Assembly (NCBI RefSeq): GCF_001194135.2
Contig: NC_068988.1
Span: forward strand, 79,960,195 to 80,006,772
DNA: 46,578 bases
DNA from: Octopus bimaculoides
Lineage: Eukaryota
Direction of reading: 5' to 3'
Part shown: positions 11,708 to 23,328 of the stretch, one piece after another
Layout of the letters: every line of letters starts with the position of its first letter
Numbering within the stretch: position 1 is the stretch's first letter
Position numbers and translations under genes: made by a program
The notes under the pieces: generated by a model
Database searches by the model: none
Told to the model about the DNA's origin: nothing
Seen by the model: only the letters and a program-made list of their open reading frames with translations

Positions 11708-13568
11708 GATTAATGAAGTTAAAATGCAATGCAAACATTAGCTGCATGAGAAATAAATCTATGATTTTATTTTACAGTGGTTAACGTTGGTTGAAGATAT
11801 TCTTTGATTCTTTGATTCGTTTTAGCCATGAAGTTGTGGTCATGCTGGAACACCACAGTTCGGCATTTTTTTAAAATTTGCTAGTTCTCTGTTGGCTCGA
11901 ATTCCAACAACCATTGTTATTTTTTACAAAACACATTGACAGGATATAACAAAAAGGAAAGTAAAGAACCGGAATTAGAGGAAACTGAAAGTGATTTTTA
12001 AAAATATTGGAGAATAAAGCTTTTTCTTATCATTACAATAAAATAACATTAAAGCGAGAGAGCTAGAGCCCCTTTATCTTTCCCACCTCCATGTGAAACA
12101 CTTTATGTTAGCAATATGACATTATCATTTCAAAACTGATGAACAAAATCTCAAGTGAGTGTTTAATTAGCAAAGAGACAATGTCTCAAATTCACCAGAA
12201 TTGCATGCAATACTGTCTTGACAATCTTAATCTCTTAACAGATTGTTCTTCACAGAGAACGATTTTAGTCCAACAGTACTTGAGATCGTGTTCATAATCT
12301 TTGAGAAAAAAAAATAAGTACAAGAAAATCCTTATTTTATTTAATAAGCGATCTTCTAACGAAATGGTAAAAGTAAACCGATTTATTATAAAGCAATCTT
12401 CAATAATTATAATGGATTCTCAACATAACGAGATAAAGTTCGTTAAACACTCTAAAATATCTATCACTGTAAAATAATATTCTTTTATCATATGCAAAAC
12501 CAGATTCATAAATGTTGAGTTCTTAAAAATCAAGAAAAAACAATGTAACAAGTAACTTTTTTTTTCTCTCTCTATCTCTCGCTCTCAGTGTTTCTCCCTC
12601 TCCCTATCAATCCTTCTCTCTCCCTTTCACTCCCTCTCTCTCCCTCTCCCTCTCTCTCAGCGTCTTTCCCTCTCCACAGACACACGCACACACACACTTT
12701 CACTTATTTACATATGAAGAGTCACGATCGATTAGTGAAAAAGTTGAAAATCGCAATTAAAAATAGAAGCAAAGTAAATGGGCCATTAAGGAATATCGCG
12801 GTCATATATAGTTTCAGTTATTTAATTGATATTAACGTACAGCCATTTCGTTCCAATCAACCGAAGATGGAAACTATTTTATGCATACGTGTGTGTGTGT
12901 TGTATATCTGTGAGTGTGTATGTGTATGTACGTGTGTGCGCGCGCGTGTGTATCTTGAAACATTACGTAACGGTATTTGTATACTGAAATGATTTTCTAT
13001 TTGTGTCTAGATTCTTTTCTCGTTTAGATTTTACACTGAAACCAATTAAAAACTAGGCAATACAACTGAAAATAATCACAAATGTAACAGTAGTATTTTA
13101 GAGTGTCTTCTAGTATATTTATTGGCTACTTTTGTTGCTGATAAAGAAATTACATTTTCTGCTTGATATGACATCAAAGGAAGCGTTAACAATGAACATT
13201 ATAGAGTTAATAAAACTTATTTCCTTTACAAAGCAATGAAAATAACTCTACACTGTCCCTGCGATTAAACAATATTTAAGTTAGCGATCGAACAATTCCA
13301 TGCAATTTTAGGTGCAATTAAATACAAATAATTTCAATAATTACCAAAAGATAGAAATCACTTAAATCAGGAACAGTGATGATTTACGTCATTTTACGTC
13401 TTAAGTAAAATCCTATATTGTTCAACTTTGCTTTCATGCCTCCAAAATCCATAAGGAGAGTTCGACAAAGTATCGACAAACTCACTATACACATCTCTAC
13501 AGTGCGGACCAGAGCCAAAATTAGAAATGTTATTAACAGCGGATTCATTACTTATTAGCATTTATATA

Positions 13569-14827
13569 CGAGGTCTGATCGATAAGTATCCGGACTGGTG
13601 CTATAAAGACAAAACTACAGCTAGTACCAATTTGGCATTTAATCTCCTTCAAAGAAAATCTCCTTCGAAAGCCACATACTTAATGCAGCGCTGTTTCCAT
13701 TGATGAAAGCATTCCTGGAACTCGGTTTCTGAGATAATCAGCAGCTGTCTCGTCACATTCACTTTGATTTTATCGACGTCCTGAAATCTTCTTCCTTTCA
13801 AGCAGGATTTGATTTTTGAAAAGAGGAAAAAGTCGTAAGGGACGAGATCTGGATATTGGGAATGCTGTTCCTAGCCAAAAACTGCCGCACAAGCTACGTT
13901 GAATGGGCAGGTGTGTTGTCATGGTGCAATTGCCACTCACCAGACGAATGAAATTGTGTATTTTTTTTTCCGACAAATAACATCCCGCAAACGCCGCAAA
14001 ACGTCACGGTAGTACTCCTTATTTATTGTATGACCAGATAGAGTATACTCATGATGAACAATACCCTTGAAATCGAAGAAAACGGTCAACAGTGTCTTGG
14101 AGAGGTTGGGGGTCTTCCACTGCAAAGACTGAGCCTTTGTTTCGGGGTCATAGCCATAGATCTACGATTCATCACCCGTTATGGCCATTTAAAAAAAATT
14201 TTCTTCGTTTCCAACACAATCAAGGAGATCTTGTGCAACTGAAACTCAAGTGTCTTTTTGGTCAGCTGAAAGCAGTTTTGGCACAAACTTGGCAGACACA
14301 CGTCTCATACCCAAATTTTCAGTGATAATGGACTGAACTGAACCGTAACTAATCTGCACATCCTCTGATAACTCACGGATGGTGAATCGAAGGTTTCCCC
14401 TAACAGCTGCATGCAAATCTGCGATGTTTCGCTGGCTGTGGGTCTCTCAAAATGTTCGTCAATATCGACATCTTTCGGCCATCTTGGAAACTTCTGAACC
14501 ATTCGTACACTTGTGTGCGGCTCATACACTCCTCTCCATACTCTTTCTACAACCTTGCGTAGGCCTCTGAGCAGATATCGCAAAGCCTTTGGTAAAATTT
14601 GATGCAGATTCTCTGGTCATCTTTCTCTATCATGGTCAATGCGATGATTACACGCTACACACTTTCCTTCCAAGCACTGCTGTAAACAGTGGAAGTGAGC
14701 TAGAACGTTAAAACTTAGTGTGCATGCACAGCAGAGTTCAAGGTCAATGTGTCCTAAGCGGCTTCACTTTGCGTGCTTTAGCCTCGTTGCTATGGCAACA
14801 GTCCGGATACTTATTGATCATACTACG
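13569..14827 (-). mobile_element. Mariner (DD34D, irritans-like) transposon with both ends; defective transposase about 14633 to 13639
   Basis: 28-bp TIRs (13569-13596 and 14800-14827, 4 mismatches) with TA on both sides. The minus strand reads MIEKDDQRICIKF...MSRTQVYEWF, ITGDES*IYGYDPETKAQSLQWKTP, VFFDFKGIVHHEY, LHHDNTPAHS, PDLVPYDFFLF and GDFFEGD*. It has stops, frameshifts and internal deletions. Confidence 0.93.
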
Positions 14828-15885
14828 TATTCGATATGAGATCCATTGGTTTCGCTATTTGCCTAATAAGAGTATACAAGCATTTACCAATTAAATAAAA
14901 CTGCGATGTCAACGTTGTTGTTAATGCCATCAAAAATAGTTTGAATATTATAACCCTCGTTACCTCTAATTCTCTTATGTTGCTTAAGATAGCAAAGACA
15001 AGCAATTAACAGCGATGGAATTTCAAAAGCCTTGCATTTTAGTCCGAAAACGGATATGATTTCTTTTTAAATACGAGTATATCGCCATAACAACCAAGAG
15101 AGGTATATACATTGGTCGCAGTAGCAACATATAAGAGCAGTAATAGAGGACAAGTCAATAATATTCACTGGCAAATACCTACATACTTATGTACAGAGCA
15201 TAAAATATAAAATAATTCTCTGTATGAAGTCGCGTACATGTCTGTAAGAAATTTCTGTGCACTATCACCTAAATACGATGCATTATGCACATTTTACCTA
15301 AAACGCTGGTTTATTGCCTGACAATTCATATCATGTATCAATTTTATCAGAGTTGAACTAAGTAACAGAAGAGCCGACACTTTCTTTGCAATTTTTGTTA
15401 CTGAAGTGTTCAACGGTTGTTAAAAGGCCAGATTACATGCGATAAATTGAATGCTTTTTCAAATATGCACAAAATTACATAACAATATTTTGTTTTAATC
15501 GTTTCAGAATATAAATAAATAACGAAAGCAGGGTAGAAAGGAAATAAACAATCCTAACTGTACAGTTTTAAAGTTAACCTTTTGACTATATTCATTAATT
15601 AATTCTAAATAACAACGAAAACGGATAATAAATGCTATGACGTGATCAGAACAAGCACTATTTACTTCTAACTCTATTTAGCCTGACTGCTTGAAAAACA
15701 TTCTAGATTAAAAATCGCACTTCTATACATGGCTATAGTACTAGGCACTTACCCAAAATAGACATCGTCAGCTGGAACTCTTTTAGCATTTAAACTGACA
15801 TATCTGCTCCATTAACACCTAGTATAGTCGGATATTCCTCACTTAGATTACTATATTTCCAGAATATGAACAAATTATAAATATA

Positions 15886-16286
15886 GGCGCAGGAGTGGCT
15901 GTTTGGTATGTAGCTTGCTTACGAACGACATGGTTCCAGGTTCAATCCCACTGCATGGCACCTTGGGCAGGTGTCTTCTACTATAGCCTCGGGCCAACCA
16001 AAGCCTTCTGAGTGGATTTGGTAGACGAAAACTGAAGGAAGCTCGTCGTATATGCGTGTCTGTGTGTGTGTGTGTGTGTGTTTGTTTGTCCCCCCCCCCC
16101 CAATCGCTTGTCAACCGATGCTGGTGTATTTACGTCCCCGTAACTTAGCGGTTCGGCAAAAGAGACCGATAGAATAAGTACTAGGATTCCAAAGAATAAG
16201 TCCTGGGGTCGATTTGCTCGACTAAATGCGGTGCTCCAGCATGGCCGCAGTCAAATGACTGAAAGAAATAAAAGAATAAAAGAATA
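15886..16286 (+). mobile_element. Full-length tRNA-derived SINE family A with internal (GT)n
   Basis: A-box-like tggctgtttggta, B-box-like ggttcaatccc, body, and 3' tail ggtgctccagcatggccgcagtcaaatgactgaaagaaataaaagaataaaagaata. Confidence 0.9.
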
Positions 16287-16634
16287 GCAGTGCGATTTTA
16301 AGTATACGTAGTATATATTTTTAAACAACAGATATGAGGATGAAAAATTATTAACTCACTGACAGGTATTACATTATACATCTCATGGCATTTACATCTA
16401 CGTAGCATTTAGTTACATAGATGCGTATGCATATATATAGGTATGCATATATGTAGTATACTTGTGTGTGTGTATGCGTGTATATGTTAGTGAGCAACTT
16501 ATATACAATGCATGTACCAATGCCTCGAAGTTGATCATGCAGCATGCAGTAAAGTATGAAACAGCTGTAACAATATGAAATATTAAATATTTCGCCCCTC
16601 ACTATTTTTCACACTCAATATATACTCAATATAT

Positions 16635-16678
<44 letters not shown>

Positions 16679-17220
16679 NNNNNNNNNNNNNNNNNNNNNN
16701 NNNNNNNNNNNNNNNNNNNNNNNNNNNNNNNNNNNNNNNNNNNNNNNNNNNNNNNNNNNNNNNNNNNNNNNNNNNNNNNNNNNNNNNNNNNNNNNNNNNN
16801 NNNNNNNNNNNNNNNNNNNNNNNNNNNNNNNNNNNNNNNNNNNNNNNNNNNNNNNNNNNNNNNNNNNNNNNNNNNNNNNNNNNNNNNNNNNNNNNNNNNN
16901 NNNNNNNNNNNNNNNNNNNNNNNNNNNNNNNNNNNNNNNNNNNNNNNNNNNNNNNNNNNNNNNNNNNNNNNNNNNNNNNNNNNNNNNNNNNNNNNNNNNN
17001 NNNNNNNNNNNNNNNNNNNNNNNNNNNNNNNNNNNNNNNNNNNNNNNNNNNNNNNNNNNNNNNNNNNNNNNNNNNNNNNNNNNNNNNNNNNNNNNNNNNN
17101 NNNNNNNNNNNNNNNNNNNNNNNNNNNNNNNNNNNNNNNNNNNNNNNNNNNNNNNNNNNNNNNNNNNNNNNNNNNNNNNNNNNNNNNNNNNNNNNATATA
17201 TATATATATATATATACATA

Positions 17221-18250
17221 TTGAGTCATCCCATAAATAATGCGGTTTTGATATTTCTTTTATTTTTCAAAATTAAGACAAATACAGAAATAATACATTT
17301 CTAAATCTCTCAGAGAGATTTAGGCAGTAGTGATACGATGAAGTAGTTGTATACTGTCACATTAAGTTGCCAAGCATACAACTACTTTAAGACAAATACT
17401 GTTGTTTTTTACTCTAAAATATGCTCGCTTTCACTTTCTAGAATGCTCTTCCATCATCTGGTAGAGTTCAGGTCCCTCTTCCAAAATTCACTTGACTGTA
17501 ACGAAAAATACTGCTACAGTACTGATCTGACCTCGTCTACAGAATTCAAATTTTTTTCCGTCCAAATGATTTTAAAGATTGCGGTATAAATGAAAATCAA
17601 ATAGGACAGTGTCCGGCGAATAGGGATGAGGTATCGTTTCCCATTCAAACTGCTCCAGCCTTTGGAATGTTACCCTCGCTATATGTGGCCAAGTATCATC
17701 CTGATGGTAGAACACCTTTCATCTTGAAACCAAAGGTGGTCGTTTTTCTTCTAGCGCTGACTTAAGTCACTCAAGGTACACGCAGTAGATCTCCTTTGTT
17801 ATCGTTTGGTTTGGGTATAAAAGTTCAAAGTTGACTAAACCTTTCATATGCCACCAAACAGATAACAACACCTTACGTGGGCGAAGACCTTCTTTAGCCT
17901 GGGGTGCCGGTGTTTCTCTTTTCCCTACCCACTGCCTTCGACGCTAGACATTTTTATATACAACCCATTTTTCGTTACCAGTCACTATTCAGTCCAAAAA
18001 AGGTTCATTTGTGAGACGTGACAGCAAAGAAGGGCACATATTCACTATCAGCGCGCGATTAGACTCAGAAAGTTTGTGAGGAACCCACTGACCCAATTTG
18101 CTGACTTTTCCGATAGCACGCAGGTGTCGATGAATGGTTGAAAGAGCCAATCCAAGCTTCTCTGCTAGCTCATCAAAAGTTACGATGGGATTGTGCTCCA
18201 CCAGGGTTTGCAAGACCTCCTCGTCGAGCTCTACAGATTTCACAATTGTG
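17221..18250 (-). mobile_element. 5'-truncated mariner (Hsmar1/cecropia-like) transposon with one TIR
   Basis: ORF 17989-18243 has an HTH region and GQWVPHKLSE. Further minus-strand motifs include PHPYSPD (about 17610-17631) and NHLDGKKF. A terminal ttgagtcatcccataaataatgcggtttt follows TA at 17219-20 and resembles mariner TIRs. The second TIR was not found. Confidence 0.85.
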
Positions 18251-20024
18251 AAATTTTTTCGCCATGAACGGTTTGTGTTTTTAAACCGAATGTAGTTTTT
18301 CTGATGTTATATTTATTCCTGAAGATGTGTAAAGAAATTTTGATTTATTAAGTCTCTTAATGAATTCTTTATACTGAAATATATATTGAAGAAGATAAAT
18401 ATGTTCATTTGAATATATAGGTTTTTGCGTCGTGACTCCTTTATTATTATTTATATATATACATACATAGATAAATGTGTGTGTGTGCGTGTGGGGTGGG
18501 GGTGTAAGAATTCATCCAGTACGACATTTAAAAGTCATCCATGATAATCATGAATTTCATAAAATTTCTTTTGTGGACGGAGAAGGCAAACAAACGCCTA
18601 GCGGTTATTGTTAGTGACCCTGAAAGAGAAAAAGGATAAAATGTATTAAGCATTAATAGTTCTTAAGAAATTAACATGCTAAGAACGTAAAGCAAGCTGA
18701 ATTTTGGTTTCTAGAGCAAGGCTTAACAGATTCCATCGACACAAAATGACGTTTCTTGCCTCCGAAGAAGCTGTAGACAATCGGCATATACAAAAAGAGT
18801 TTGCGAACTAACCAAACAAAGCAAATGGATGTGTCTGAAAGCTAAAATCGTTTCGAATTTATGGACAGAGACAAATATGTGGGTCACAGATCAAACGTAT
18901 TTCATCATAGGGTATACACAATTAGGGATTATCCAGAGTTGAAAAAAAATTAGATTTACGTCGTTTGGTTCAACAAGATTTAATTTCCAACAAGATTTAA
19001 TTTTCTGATTAATTTTCACAGTTTGCATAAAAGTAAAATGTAATGACAATTATATAATATAAAATCCTTTTAGGACTTTTATGTTTTACGTTTTTAATGA
19101 ATTCAATATACACCAATTGAATTGATTTTGAAAACAGATTTCCAGTCGAAATTCTGTTATCATTCAGGTGTAATGAAATAAAATATTTCTAACCTATTCG
19201 TAATATTCTTAGAAGCCCAAAATGTGCAACACTAGTCCTATCCAAATTCCAAAGCAGCAAAGTTAAATGGAGGTGGTAGAGAAAAAATATACGATCATTC
19301 ACAAAATGATGGTGCAAAATCGACGGAAAGTAAACAAAATGGACGAAACTGAAACCAAACGGAAATGAAAATACAGTTTGTGTTTTTTTAATGAATATAC
19401 GATTGCACTGCAGGAATGCCTATTATTAAATCAAACTATCTTGCTAGCAGATTCTGTCCTTATTTTCCTCTTGCTTTAGTTTCCCTTATCCTTCACTCAT
19501 TCCAGCTGCCACTCATTTTCTTTTTCTCGCTTCCTTAGCAACTTCCTAATATCCCCCCTCTAGCCAGCTGTTTTATTCTAACTTTTCTATCAAGTTACCT
19601 ACACTCTCTTTCTATTCTTCCATTCACTCACTAACTTTCTGTCATCTTGCTTCTTTCTATTCTTTCTCTTGTATTAGCGACTTCTTTCTCTTGGACGTTA
19701 GGTTACAAGGCTGCCAATTTTTGATAAGACTCTAGAGTACCTTCATTCGTGAAAATTAGTACATTAGCTGACTCTGCAATACTTTCGATTCTGTAAAGTT
19801 TCTCATTTATGGCGTTTACATATTCGGTAATATTAACTACAGAATGATATTCGATAAATCGATGATATTCATGAGATTAAGCACTGACAAAATTGTTTTA
19901 AAAACAAATACAATCTTTTAAAAATGTATTAGATAGCTCTGTGTTACACAGGCATTTTCTTAATTTAAAAGTTTTTTTTTCTGCAAAGAAATGTTAGAAT
20001 GAAATTTTCAGTCAGTTTCAGAAA

Positions 20025-20226
20025 GTTTCAAATTTTGGCACAAGGCTAGTAAGTTCGATGAAGGGATTAAGTCGATTACATCGACCCCGGTGATCAACTG
20101 GTACTTATTTTATCAACCCTGAAAGCTTGAAAGGTAAAGTCGACCTCGCCAGAGTTTGGACTCAGAGCATAAAGGCAGACGAAATACCGCTACGCATTTT
20201 GCTCGGTGAGCTAACGATTCTGACAA
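20025..20226 (-). mobile_element. tRNA-derived SINE family B
   Basis: Aligns over its full length with 32783-32990 and 41523-41729. Confidence 0.85.
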
Positions 20227-21396
20227 CAACAAGGGAAAAAGAAAATGTATACAGTAAAGAGTTGTTTTATAAAAACTATTAACGCTGAGACATAAATTAT
20301 CTAATATTAAAAACAGTGGACAGGGAATTTAACATAGGAGCAAGTAGAAAGCTGGAAATGTGCCAAACGTTTTGCGCCTAGTTACAAATAACAGAAAACA
20401 AAAACAAAATTAAGTCTGATGGTGAGAGAAAGCCCAAATGTTTGTCCTGAAAAGAAGATAAAGTATAACTGAAACAACGGGAATAATAGAAGTGTCTCTG
20501 CTACATCATCCAAGAATGATTATGCTGAACCAACGCAAATATTTCTCGGCATTCAAGGATGATAGCTACTGATTCTAAATGCGTTTGCGTCTAACCAACA
20601 TTATGAGAGCCTCTTAGAAAGAAACCTGGGATGAAGAGCCATATCTATGGACTCTATACATCCGAGCTCTATATCTCATGTTAATCTGTCACGAGAAATG
20701 TAAACATCAGCAGCTACAAAGTTCTCTTCACACATCAATCTCTGTCTTCGACTTTAGCAATAATGTCATCGGACGTGCCATCAGATTGAATGCCAGAGTA
20801 GAGAAAAGAGTGAAAAAGACACAAAATCTGGAAACAGGTATGTGGGGGATTAAAGTTAAACCGTTAACAATATCAGGTTTATGGAGAGACGTCTGTTTGA
20901 ACCAATTAAAGAGGCGGTAACACTTCGACAATATTATAAAAGGACTAAACTGGATTAATTACTCTAACTATTGATCGAAATTTGTGCGAAGCAAATAAAA
21001 GAACCAGTGAAATATCAGAAAGTTGGTATACAAAAACTTCTGAGCTATTAACCAAATGCTTTTCGAAGATCACAGTCTTATATTTCTGCAGTTCCGTGTC
21101 TTAGTTACCAAGATGGCTGAATGAAGATATGTTGGTTCTGTGATGCAACTTGATCACCAATTTACCATGAATGTGTATTCTAAAAGTCTGCCGTTTTAAT
21201 GTTACAGGCTTGAATTTGCACGGTCGGAAACCCGCACGACTTCAAAACAATCGCTATAAAAATTAACTGACCCAAAAGCTTTTCATTACGGGTTGACAAT
21301 AAATGTTCCAGTTCTATATTTCAGATATGAGGAATCATGTACATTATTTACATTATTTACATCTGACGGATATTTGTCCTCATCTTGATTACTGTT

Positions 21397-21442
21397 AACA
21401 CAACGTTTCGGCTGATATACCCTCCTGCTTTCATCAGGTATA
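21397..21442 (-). ncRNA. Decayed minimal hammerhead ribozyme motif (copy 1)
   Basis: The minus strand reads ATATAC-CTGATGA-A-AGCAG-gagggtatat-CAGCC-GAAA-CGTT-GTGTT. The core is intact, but stem II has 2 mismatches and stem I is only 4 bp. Confidence 0.6.
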
Positions 21443-21489
21443 TTGAGGAAATTTCGAACCTGGGTTCTCATTTCTAAGGTATTTTTCGA

Positions 21490-21523
<34 letters not shown>

Positions 21524-21532
21524 GTTATTATT

Positions 21533-21908
21533 CAGTAGTTTTATTTTTATAGAGTGCTTTCACTTCACTACCGAGCGCAGCTCTGTGTGACTTGGGTATG
21601 TGCGATAGTTTGCTGTGATGCTCTTATGGTTACTGTATTGAAAGTGTTTTGCGTAGGATGTGTGCAGTGCCGAGTAGTGCAATTTTCTGTATGTCATATA
21701 TACTTGTAAGTCCTGGTGTTTTTGTTATGTATTTGTCTGAATATTTTTTTATCATACCTAACGCGCCTACTATGATAAGAATTGTTTCTGCTTTTAGATT
21801 CCACATTCGAGTTACCTCTATTTCTAGGTCTTTGTATTTTGAAAGTTTCTCCATTTCTTTTAGAGAAACGTTGTCATCTGCCGGTATTGATACATCAATT
21901 AGAAAGCA

Positions 21909-21910
<2 letters not shown>
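21533..21910 (-). mobile_element. 5'-truncated 3' end of an RLE (R4/Dong-like) LINE inserted in an (ATT)n tract
   Basis: Reads CFLIDVSIPADDNVSLKEMEKLSKYKDLEIEVTRMWNLKAETILIIVGALG...IQKIALLGTAHILRKTLSIQ*, followed by a short 3' UTR ending aaaataaaactactg. (ATT)n lies on both sides. Confidence 0.9.
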
Positions 21911-21955
<45 letters not shown>

Positions 21956-22025
21956 TCACATCCTGGAATCGAACTTGGAATCTTGGGGTTAGTAGCCCGC
22001 GCTTTTTACCACTACGCCATATGCC

Positions 22026-22094
22026 GTAGGCGTAGTGATTAAGAGCGCGGGCTACTAACCCCAAGATTCCGAGTTTGATTCCAGGCAGTGACCA

Positions 22095-22157
<63 letters not shown>

Positions 22158-22305
22158 TAACAACATCGAAAAATACCTTAGGAATGAGAACCCAGGTTCG
22201 AAATTTCCCCAAGACATCTGATGAAGGCTGGAGGGTACATCAGTCGAAACGTTGTGTTAACAACAATCAAGATGAGGACAAATATCCATCAAATAATGTA
22301 ATAGA
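22026..22305 (+). mobile_element. Second copy of the tRNA-headed hammerhead element, head-to-head with copy 1
   Basis: Head 22026-22096, (AAT)n about 22097-22160, tail 22161-22305. It is an inverted repeat of copy 1 without the LINE insert. Confidence 0.87.
22213..22258 (+). ncRNA. Minimal type I hammerhead ribozyme motif of the Penelope-like-element type (copy 2)
   Basis: Stem I 5' GACAT (22213-17); CTGATGA (22218-24) plus an extra A; stem II GGCTG/CAGTC (22226-30 and 22241-45); GAAA (22246-49); C-GTT with predicted cleavage after 22253; stem I 3' GTGTT (22254-58); palindrome AACGTT (22248-53). Confidence 0.75.
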
Positions 22306-22439
22306 TGCTCCATCAGGTAGGTCGGTCTAAGAAACTTTTCGGGGAATACTAGTCATTCAGATGAAAATAGTTTTCATGGAATAGATGACGCTAGATTTTA
22401 TTCCTATAGGTCCAGCATATACGCATCTGCACGGTGTTA

Positions 22440-22540
22440 CATAGCCTGATTTATAGAGGAGCAAAGTGGGCAATTTCCCTGGCACCGTCCCATATCGGCT
22501 GGTGGGGTATGTTGCCACGGTAGTGGGCCCTCTATACCGA
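22440..22540 (+). mobile_element. Possible decayed left terminus of a hAT-type element
   Basis: catagcctgatttatagaggagcaaagtgggcaatttccctgg...gggccct resembles GC-rich hAT termini and lies about 1.5 kb upstream of the hAT transposase relic. No matching right end was found. Confidence 0.3.
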
Positions 22541-22742
22541 GAGCACTCCCCTCCCCAGTAATTTTGCATGAAGAAGGCCTCTTCTTTAAAACTCTACTTT
22601 AAAAATCTTCAGAAAAACACTACTTTAAAAATCTTCAGAAAAACACATTTTTTCCACTGTAGCGACACCAGTTACTCCAAAAGCGACTAAGTCATGGTCA
22701 AATTCCGAAGGTACTTGCGACTGAAATACACACACACACACA

Positions 22743-22793
<51 letters not shown>

Positions 22794-23245
22794 NNNNNNN
22801 NNNNNNNNNNNNNNNNNNNNNNNNNNNNNNNNNNNNNNNNNNNNNNNNNNNNNNNNNNNNNNNNNNNNNNNNNNNNNNNNNNNNNNNNNNNNNNNNNNNN
22901 NNNNNNNNNNNNNNNNNNNNNNNNNNNNNNNNNNNNNNNNNNNNNNNNNNNNNNNNNNNNNNNNNNNNNNNNNNNNNNNNNNNNNNNNNNNNNNNNNNNN
23001 NNNNNNNNNNNNNNNNNNNNNNNNNNNNNNNNNNNNNNNNNNNNNNNNNNNNNNNNNNNNNNNNNNNNNNNNNNNNNNNNNNNNNNNNNNNNNNNNNNNN
23101 NNNNNNNNNNNNNNNNNNNNNNNNNNNNNNNNNNNNNNNNNNNNNNNNNNNNNNNNNNNNNNNNNNNNNNNNNNNNNNNNNNNNNNNNNNNNNNNNNNNN
23201 NNNNNNNNNNNNNNCTCTCTCTCTCTCTCTTTCTTTCTCTCCCTC

Positions 23246-23328
<83 letters not shown>

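Larger units (their letters stand above)
21310..22025 (-). mobile_element. tRNA-headed short element (head 22025-21951, (AAT)n, hammerhead-bearing tail), interrupted by a LINE
   Basis: The minus strand has A box TGGCGTAGTGG and B box GTTCGATTC. Its tail is the reverse complement of 22161-22305. Confidence 0.85.

Noticed and set aside
21951-22096. Two apparent tRNA genes
   Set aside because: They have A/B boxes and a tRNA-like loop, but there is no complete acceptor stem, the anticodon stem is imperfect, and each is fused to (AAT)n and a repeat tail. They are SINE heads.
22594-22648. Tandem duplication of ctactttaaaaatcttcagaaaaaca
   Set aside because: Only two adjacent units with no spacer; a simple slippage duplication, not a CRISPR-like array.
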